Of a stretch of DNA of 15,345 nt, positions 8,208 through 15,345 are shown in pieces. The stretch is from Octopus sinensis. Its lineage: Eukaryota. Location: the NCBI RefSeq assembly GCF_006345805.1, contig NW_021825507.1, forward strand, positions 1-15,345, in the 5' to 3' direction. Each line of letters begins with the position of its first letter. Within the stretch, counting starts at the first letter, position 1. The notes under the pieces were generated by a model that made no database searches, was not told the DNA's origin, and saw only the letters and a program-made list of their open reading frames with translations. The position numbers and the translations under genes are program-made.

Positions 8208-8687
8208 TATCCCCCCCCCACACACACGTCTTTGTCTGTCTGTCGCTATTAACTTGCTATACATTAATCTTTCATAAATATTTTCTGTCGTTAATTAGTT
8301 TGAAATTATATCATTAAATTCCCATTAATTTGGGGTTTGTATTTTGTTGACAAAGTTAGTGTGAATTAGGTCAAAAGGCTTCATGTTGTTATTGCTGTCG
8401 GTGGCGGCGGTGCACACTGTTTCAATTTCTATGTGCCGCTATGTGTGACTGTGCATGCGTGTATATAATACTTTAGGAGTGTGTGTGCGCATGTGCTTGT
8501 GGGTGATGTACGACTGTCTTTGTGCGTATATGTATATATACAAATAAACACTTGTATACATATATGGATATATATATATATATATATATTGATAAAACGG
8601 TAAGATAACAAAAGAAAGAAAGAGACCTCAATATTATGTAAATAGAGGAAATTTATCTATACAATATGTTACATTACTCGGTAGTCA

Positions 8688-8750
8688 AGATAAAACTCTG
8701 AGTTTCAGATGCCGAAGTGGAAATCCACAACACCATCTCTTCGGTTATCT
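8688..8750 (-). ncRNA. Type I hammerhead ribozyme-like element (variant core), left palindrome arm
   Basis: Minus strand: stem I AGATAA (8750-8745) / core CCGAAGA / stem II GATG...CATC / extra T / GAAA / stem III (A)CTC-A-GAGT / N17=T / stem I' TTATCT (8693-8688). The topology is complete. Deviations: U4C, the extra nt before G12, a GUU site. Confidence 0.6.
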
Positions 8751-9015
8751 GGCTATTTGAAAACGTTATGAAAAAATACCGTTAAAAATGAAGGGAAATT
8801 ACTCTGTTATAACTCTGCTTTGCCTGCGTACTTATACATCGCTCGCATTTTTCGTCATAAAAATTATATAAAAATACATATATTTTTATGTATTTTTATA
8901 TAATTTTTATGACGAAAAATGCGAGCGATGTATAAGTACGCAGGCAAAGCAGAGTTATAACAGAGTAATTTCCCTTCATTTTTAACGGTATTTTTTCATA
9001 ACGTTTTCAAATAGC

Positions 9016-9079
9016 CAGATAACGAAGAGATGGTGTTGTGGATTTCCACTTCGGCATCTGAAACTCAGAGTTTTATCTG
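9016..9079 (+). ncRNA. Type I hammerhead ribozyme-like element, right palindrome arm (core one nt short)
   Basis: CAGATAA (9016-9022) / CGAAGA / GATG...CATC / T / GAAA / CTC-A-GAGT / T / TTATCTG (9073-9079): 7-bp stem I, but the C3-U4 position has lost a base. Confidence 0.5.
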
Positions 9080-9104
9080 ACTACCGAGTAATGTAACATT
9101 TGTA

Positions 9105-9114
9105 TAGATATATA

Positions 9115-9150
<36 letters not shown>

Positions 9151-9210
9151 TGATAGATAGATAAATTCAGCTCTGTGGTTCTTAAGGCTAATAAAGTTTA
9201 GGGTATATAG

Positions 9211-9264
<54 letters not shown>

Positions 9265-9283
9265 TATATATATAATATATATA
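9105..9283. repeat. (TA)n/(GATA)n microsatellites with a short unique spacer
   Basis: Direct sequence. Confidence 0.9.
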
Positions 9284-9284
9284 A

Positions 9285-9412
9285 TTCCACTCTCAAGGCT
9301 TTGGTTGGTCCGAGGCTTTAGTAGAAGACGCTTACCCAAGGTGCCACGCAGTGGGACTGGACCCAGAACCATTTGGTTGGAAAGCAAGCTACTTACCACA
9401 CGGCCACTACGT
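9285..9412 (-). mobile_element. SINE family A, tRNA-like 5' head
   Basis: Reverse complement gtagtggccgtgtggtaagtagcttgctttccaaccaaatggttctgggtccagtcccactgcgtggcaccttggg: A-box-like TGGCCGTGTGG and a mutated B box GGTCCAGTCC. Confidence 0.85.
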
Positions 9413-9565
9413 ATGTACACATATATATATGTGTTTATGTATATTTGTATTGCTGTGTATGTATCTATTTGCTTGTGTGTATGGATGTATATATATATAT
9501 ATATGTTCGTGTATCTATGTGCAGGTATGTATAAATGTATATATGTACTTAACGTAATGTATGTA
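9413..9565. repeat. TA/TG/TATG degenerate microsatellite
   Basis: Direct sequence. Confidence 0.85.
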
Positions 9566-9694
9566 TCCAAGTGGTTCTCTCAGCATTTCGTTGATCGCAG
9601 ATAACATGTTGGGCGATCATTCGGTACCAGTAACATAACTGTCACTTGGGTTTATTTACATTTCTGAAGAAAAAAGATACCCTTCCCCCACCAC

Positions 9695-9712
9695 TAACCC
9701 TAACCCTAACCC
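9695..9712. repeat. Interstitial telomeric-type repeat (TAACCC)3
   Basis: taaccctaaccctaaccc, read directly. Confidence 0.8.
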
Positions 9713-10810
9713 CACATATATAACAAAAAATAAAAATTTTACGGAAAGTGTCGGTCTTCTTCTCACGTGACCAGCTGTAAGTTTCACTTTCTAGAGTTTG
9801 GATGAAGCCTTATGGCAAATTATTGGCCGAGAGAAATAGAAACTGTATATTTACTAACAATCGTGTCTACAAGGAGGTTCTACTCGACAGCAAAATATGC
9901 CTTTTAAGTAAGTTTCAAAAATTGAATTTTATTTTTCATTTTTTTTTCTTGAAAATTCCAGTTTAAACTGTTTATGTAACAATGGAAGTGTTTAGGGAGA
10001 CGCCGGGGCTTACAACAACAGCAACAACAAAAAGGGAGCCAAACCAAGATCTGCTATAATTAGTACCCGAATCCTACTCCATTCACAATTTATCATCTTA
10101 AAGACAAGGTGGTTCTGGGTTCTCTATACTTGAGAAAAAACATGGCGGTGGTGTTGAGTGTGTGGCTCGAAATAGCTCTAAATAACTGTCTCTGCCTCTG
10201 TCTCTCCTTCTATCTCTCCTTTCCATTCTCTCTGTCTCTCTCTTCCTCCCTTCATGTTGGTCACTCCCTACAATACAAGTTACAGAAACTTTCTGTTTCA
10301 ACACCTCCTCTGCCTACGTTTCGATACACATAACAACTCTCTCTTGCTTTCTCTCTCTTTCTCTTTCTCTCATAATTACTCCAAAAGAGATTATGACATC
10401 ACAATTCCGAGAAATATGATCTGAATACTATAATCTCTTCAATTCGACTTCCTTCACAATTGGTGTCATATCGATCAACGGATGATATATATAATAACTA
10501 TCGATCTATTTAATTCGTATCTTAATTTCCAGCAATTTCTTCATAAATTTCCCAGTATATTGATTTCTTCTTCCTGAAGCTGTCTTTTCTTTCTTTCTTC
10601 TTTCTAGGGAAGGGGAGGGATATATTAATGTATGAGGAAGCAGAGAAAGAATGAGAGTGGGAGAGAGAGAGAAAGAGAGAAACACATACAGAAGAGAGAA
10701 AGATATACAGTTAGTGAGGGAGAGGACGAGGTGAACGTTTTTGCAAGGGAGGTGGGGGTGATTAAAATGAATATATAATGAGGTTCTGAGAGAAAAGAGA
10801 CAAAGAGGGG

Positions 10811-11290
10811 GAAGTGGGTGGATATGTTTCGTAGGGGAGGGAGGCTGGGATCAGAGAGAAAATAAGAGAGGGGGAGTGATATATAAGAGAAGGATTCTGA
10901 AATAAATAATGAGGTGAGAGAGGGGCGGGAAGAGAAAGGGACAGAGAGAGAGAGAGAGAGAGAGAAAGAGGGAGAAGTGGGAGGATATTTTTTGTAGGGG
11001 AGGGAGACTGGGATCAGAGAGAAAATAAGAGAGGGGGAGTGATATATAAGAGAAGGATTCTGTGATAAATAATGAGGTGAGAGAGGGGCGGGAAGAGAAA
11101 GGGACAGAGAAAGAGAGAGAGAGAAAGAGGGAGAAGTGGGAGGATATTTTTTGTAGGGGAGGGAGACTGGGATCAGAGAGAAAATAAGAGAGGGGGAGTG
11201 ATATATAAGAGAATGATTCTGTAATAAATAATGATGTGAGAGAGGGGCGGGAAGAGAAAGGGACAGAGAGAGAGAGAGAGAAAGAGGGAG
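10811..11290 (-). repeat. Three-copy tandem array of an about 160-bp GA/CT-rich unit
   Basis: Marker gaagtggg recurs at 10811, 10974 and 11133 (periods 163 and 159). Units share ctgggatcagagagaaaataagagagggggagtgatatataagagaa. Confidence 0.9.
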
Positions 11291-11555
11291 GGAGTGCTTG
11301 AGAACGATGAATATGTTTACAAATGGAGGAAGGGTGTGGGGTAATAAAGGAAGCAAGGTGGGCGGGGTCAACCATATCATATAAGGTAGTGGTAGTTGTG
11401 GGCGGTGTCAAAGTTGAGAGAGAAAGGGTAATAACTCTTATTACATCCCATTTACCCTTTAAACTTCCTGTTGTGTTCAATAAAATCTGTCTTCCGGCGC
11501 AGTTTGTGAAGATTTCCAATTATGATTTACTGTAAATAATAGATCGAAGTGTTTA
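11215..11555 (-). mobile_element. Head of satellite-bearing interspersed repeat, copy 1
   Basis: The reverse complement aligns with 13377-13678: taaacacttc..attatttaca.taaa..attggaaatcttcaca..gattttatt..atttg.aaa.atattcatcgt..tcattatttattacagaatc. Confidence 0.85.
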
Positions 11556-11827
11556 TAATACATTATCAATAAATATCGAACATTTCTCCACGTCACTCAT
11601 TCGTTTTTCCTTTCACATCTGACCATTTCGTCTTTTAAATTTCCGATTCTTACTCTTTAACATCGCTCTTCTCTGAAATCGTCACACAACCAATGTTGCT
11701 GCTGCACATGCTAGAAACAACAGCCAAATCTCACATAAAGAACGATAAAGTATAAAACCATTGCATTATTTTATTTTTTAATTTCTTAAAAATGAATTTC
11801 ATTTCAATTTTGTCAATTTTTACTGAA

Positions 11828-12050
11828 TTCAATCATTCGGCTACGGCCAAGCTGGGGCACCGCTTTGTAAAATTTAATCGAATGAATCACCCCAGTAATT
11901 TTTTCATATGTATTTTACGCATGGTACTCCGTCTACCGGTGTCTTTTGCCAAACGGTTAATCTAAGGGGCCGTAAACACACAAACACTGTTTGTGAAGCA
12001 GTGGGTAATTGTGAAACGCAAACACAAAGACACACACATACACACACACG

Positions 12051-12081
<31 letters not shown>

Positions 12082-12237
12082 TACGACGAGCATCTTTCAG
12101 TTTACGTCTACCAAATCTACTAGTCTTTGGTCGATTCGAAGGTATAACAGAAGACATTTGGACAAGGCGCCACGCAGTGATACCGAACCTGGAACAATAC
12201 GGTTGGGAACCAACTTTCTTACCGTAAAGCCCTGTCT
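11828..12237 (-). mobile_element. SINE family A, near full-length decayed copy
   Basis: Head (ggtaagaaagttggttcccaacc...caggttcgg...cactgcgtggcgccttg), central (ca/gt)n tract, and tail (gcggtgccccagcttggccgtagccgaatgattgaa on the minus strand) in the expected order. Confidence 0.85.
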
Positions 12238-13064
12238 GTAATTTTAGTTGATAAAACAAATAAAATCTTCGAATACATGTTTCTGATAGTTGAACTTTCT
12301 GCTTCACATGTATTCATGGACAGAAGGAGGCGTGAAATATTTCACGCTATGGCTGTAATATCGTTTCTTTTAATTCAGCTGACATCCATCTCGATAATCT
12401 TTGTTTTAAGTATTCACGCGCTGAAAGAAAGAATACAGAAACATCTGCAAACCAAATAAATTAAATGTGATTTCTTTTCAAAGTGAAATATATTCCAAAA
12501 TTGCTAATTGATTTAAAATATGGCTGAGGGTACTCTGCCTGTTGTTTCTAGCTCAAAGTAGGTCGAATCTATGGAGAGAGAAGGAACGTGTCTCCATGGA
12601 CTTCACCATCTGCATTCAGGATTGGAATAAGAAGACAATAAACTGAAAAGCAAAATCAATGTCAATATGAGGTACCTGGCTGTTATTTCTAGCATGAGGC
12701 AAGGCCAAGCTTATGAGAATATCCTTAACGTTCTCTAACGCGTCATCAGAGCGAACGATTTGCACGAAACTTGTTTAAACAGCGGAATTAAGTCTGACCC
12801 TCTTCTAAGTGCTGTGTATTGCGTCGCCGAATGGAAGCTTGGCCGCACCCACAAAGGGAAAAAGGATGAAGAAACGCGAATGCGCGTTGACTTGTGATTT
12901 CAGTTGCTGCAGCAGCCAACCTATGATTTGTATTGAGATGTAAGTGTGAACGATTGGAACCAAATGCAGCTGAAAGGCACGAGGAATTCTGAAACTTTGA
13001 TTATTGCGCCGAATCGATGTATTTAATTATTTAATTAATTATTGATTACATACTTACTCTATGT

Positions 13065-13322
13065 ATGTGTGTCAACGCGTGTGTGTGCTTACATTTTACT
13101 AAACCCCCATGGCTTCACGACCAGTGTTTGGTTGTTTACGTCCCTGTTACTTAGTCGTTTGGCAAAAGTTACCGACAGAAGTATTATGCACGCACGTACA
13201 CACACGCACACACACACACTCACACACACAAACGTATGCTGGAGTAGTCCCTTCAATTGAAATTCCTGAAAAGTTTACCCCAGCCTGGCCGCTGTGCAAT
13301 GACTGAACCCAGTAAAAAAACG
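13065..13322 (+). mobile_element. SINE family A, decayed 3' half with an internal (CA)n expansion
   Basis: gtttacgtccctgttacttagtcgtttggcaaaag..accgacaga...ccccagcctggccgctgtgcaatgactgaacccagt is homologous to 4750-4910. Confidence 0.75.
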
Positions 13323-13376
13323 TAAGGTCTCAATGAAACACTCCTTTCTTCTTCCCTAAACATATTCGCCAATTTC

Positions 13377-13700
13377 TAAACACTTCAATTAATTATTTAC
13401 ATTAAAACAGATTGGAAATCTTCACAGATTTTATTTCACAAAACAGAACCTGATACAGTTTCAGGCAAAAAGGGATGCAAGAAGAGTTACTATCCTTACC
13501 GTTCGCTCCTCCCATCTAATTATATAATTCACCTTGACTCCACCCATTTCATTTATTACCTCCTACCCTTCCTCTATTTGCAAATATATTCATCGTCCTC
13601 TCTCTCTCTCTCTCGCTCCCTCTTTCTCTGTCTCTCTATCTCTTTCTATTCTCTCATCTCATTATTTATTACAGAATCCTCCCACTCTCTTCTTTTCCGT
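13377..13700 (+). mobile_element. Head of satellite-bearing interspersed repeat, copy 2
   Basis: Homologous to 11215-11555 in inverted orientation. Confidence 0.85.
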
Positions 13701-13749
13701 CTTAACCCCGCCCCCCGTTCTCTACCTTGCTAAACACATATAGCATTTT

Positions 13750-15345
13750 GTTTCAATCCCCCCTCTCTCTCTCTCAGTCGTTCTTTCTCTCTCTCTCTCT
13801 CTCCCTCCTCCCTACTCTATATATCTTTCTATATCACTCCGTCACTCCCTCTTCCTCTCTCTTACCTCATGCTCTCTTTCTCTCTCCCTCCCATCCTCTC
13901 TCTCTGTAAGTCGTATTTTCTCTCTCTCTCTCCCTCCCTCCCTTACTCTATATAACTTTCTATATCACAACGTCACTTCCTCTTTCACTCTCTTACCTCA
14001 TGCTCTCCTTCTCTCTCCCTCCCTTTCTCTCTCCCTCCCTTTCTCTCTCCCTCCCTTTCTATCTCTCTCTCTCAGTCATTATTTCTCTCTCCCTCCCTCC
14101 CTTACACTATATATCTTTCTATATCACTCCATCACTCCCTCTTTCTCTCTCTTACCTCATGCTCTCTTTCTCTCTCCCTCCCATCCTCTCTCTCCCTCCC
14201 ATCCTCTCTCTCCCTCCCATCCTCTCTCTCTCTGTCGTCTTTTTTCTCTCTCTCTCCCTCCCTCCCTTACTCTATATATCTTTCTATATCACTCCGTCAC
14301 TCCTCTTTCTCTCTCTTACCTCATGCTCTCTTTCTCTCTCCCTCCCATCCTCTCTCTCTCTAAGTCGTCTTTTCTCTCTCTCTCTCCCTCCCTCCCTTAC
14401 TCTTTATATCTTTCTATATCACTCCGTCACTCCCTCTTCCTCTCTCTTACCTCATGCTCTCTTTCTCACTCATATCCTCTCTCTCTCTAAGTCGTCTTTT
14501 CTCTCTCTCTCTCCCTCCCTCCCTTACTCTATATATCTTTCTATATCACTCCATCACTCCCTCTTTCTCTCTCTTACCTCATGCTCTCTTTCTCTCTCCC
14601 TCCCTCTCTCTCTCTAACTGGTCTTTTCTCTCTCTCTCTCCCTCCCTCCCTTACTCTGTATGTCTTTCTATATCACTCCATCACTCCCTCTTTCTCTCTC
14701 TTACCTCATGCTCTCCTTCTCTCTCCCTCCCTTTCTCTCTCTCTCTCTCAGTCATCCTTTCTCTTTCCCTCCCTCCCTTACTCTATATATCTTTCTATAT
14801 CACTCCATCACTCCCTCTTTCTCTCTCTTACCTCATGCTCTCTTTCTCTCTCCCTCCCATCCTCTCTCTCTCTAAGTCGTCTTTTCTCTCTCTCTCTCCC
14901 TCCCTTCCCTTACTCTATATATCTTTCTAAATCACTCCATCACTCCCTCTTTCTCTCTCTTACCTCATGCTCTCTTTCTCTCTCCCTCCCATCCTCTCTC
15001 CCTCTAAGTCGTCTTTTCTCTCTCTCTCTCCCTCCCTCCATTACTCTATATATCTTTCTATATCACTCCGTCACTCCCTCTTCCTCTCTCTTACCTCATG
15101 CTCTCTTTCTTTCTCCCTCCCATCCTCTCTCTCTCTAAGTCGTCTTTTCTCTCTCTCTCTCCCTCCCTCCCTTACTCTATATATCTTTCTATATCACTCC
15201 GTCACTCCCTCTTTCTCTCTCTTACCTCATGCTCTCTTTCTCTCTCCCTCCCTCTCTCTCTCTAAGTCGTCTTTTCTCTCTCTCTCTCCCTCCCTCCCTT
15301 ACTCTATATATCTTTCTATATCACTCCATCACTCCCTCTTTCTCT
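13750..15345 (+). repeat. CT-rich satellite array, about 130-bp unit, at least 12 copies, truncated by the window end
   Basis: Marker atatcac(tcc) near 13831, 13962, 14121, 14286, 14416, 14543, 14670, 14797, 14930, 15060, 15191 and 15318. Unit: aagtcgtcttttctct...cttactctatatatctttctatatcactcc.tcactccctct...cttacctcatgctctc. Source of all SL-rich ORFs from 13534 onward. Confidence 0.95.

Larger units (their letters stand above)
8654..9110. repeat. 457-bp near-perfect palindrome (arms 8654-8880 and 8887-9110, 6-nt loop), flanked by (TA)n on both sides
   Basis: Hand alignment of the arms found three single-base indels and no substitutions over about 224 nt. Confidence 0.95.

Noticed and set aside
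7312-9604. YI-repeat ORFs
   Set aside because: They are (TA)n translation artefacts.
10625-11535. 251-aa and 222-aa S/L/P-rich ORFs with internal repeats
   Set aside because: They are open frames of the CT-rich 160-bp tandem array, whose units vary by microsatellite slippage without frame constraint.
12715-12750. Minus-strand CTGATGA, a perfect hammerhead core heptamer
   Set aside because: It is not followed by a stem II hairpin and GAAA, and no stems I or III are present.
13534-15138. Multiple SL-rich ORFs of 60-205 aa
   Set aside because: They are translations of the CT-rich satellite, where a pyrimidine-rich strand rarely forms stops.

Overview
Eukaryotic, repeat-dense genomic DNA, most likely octopus or another coleoid cephalopod (inferred from recalled SINE families and the dense TA/CA/CT microsatellites; not verified by a search). 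Most ORFs in the track are microsatellite artefacts. Real coding signal: two spliceable minus-strand exons (2469-2552, 1519-1670) that join in frame to give the N-terminus of an ankyrin-repeat protein, whose 3' continuation is unresolved. Decayed transposon coding sequence: a Penelope-like GIY-YIG endonuclease (about 60-455, -), a Tc1/mariner (Tc3-like) transposase N-terminus (4047-4330, +) and a short non-LTR RT fragment (2205-2300, +). Non-coding structure: two tRNA-derived SINE families, a 196-bp MITE with a TACA target duplication, and a 457-bp near-perfect palindrome whose arms each hold a type I hammerhead-ribozyme-like fold with a palindromic stem III. There are also two inverted copies of a repeat whose shared head has spawned two different CT-rich satellite arrays (about 160-bp and 130-bp units). 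No CRISPR, rRNA or intact tRNA gene is seen, and I see no evidence for a novel multi-gene system. The hammerhead palindrome and the satellite-bearing element are the most interesting items.
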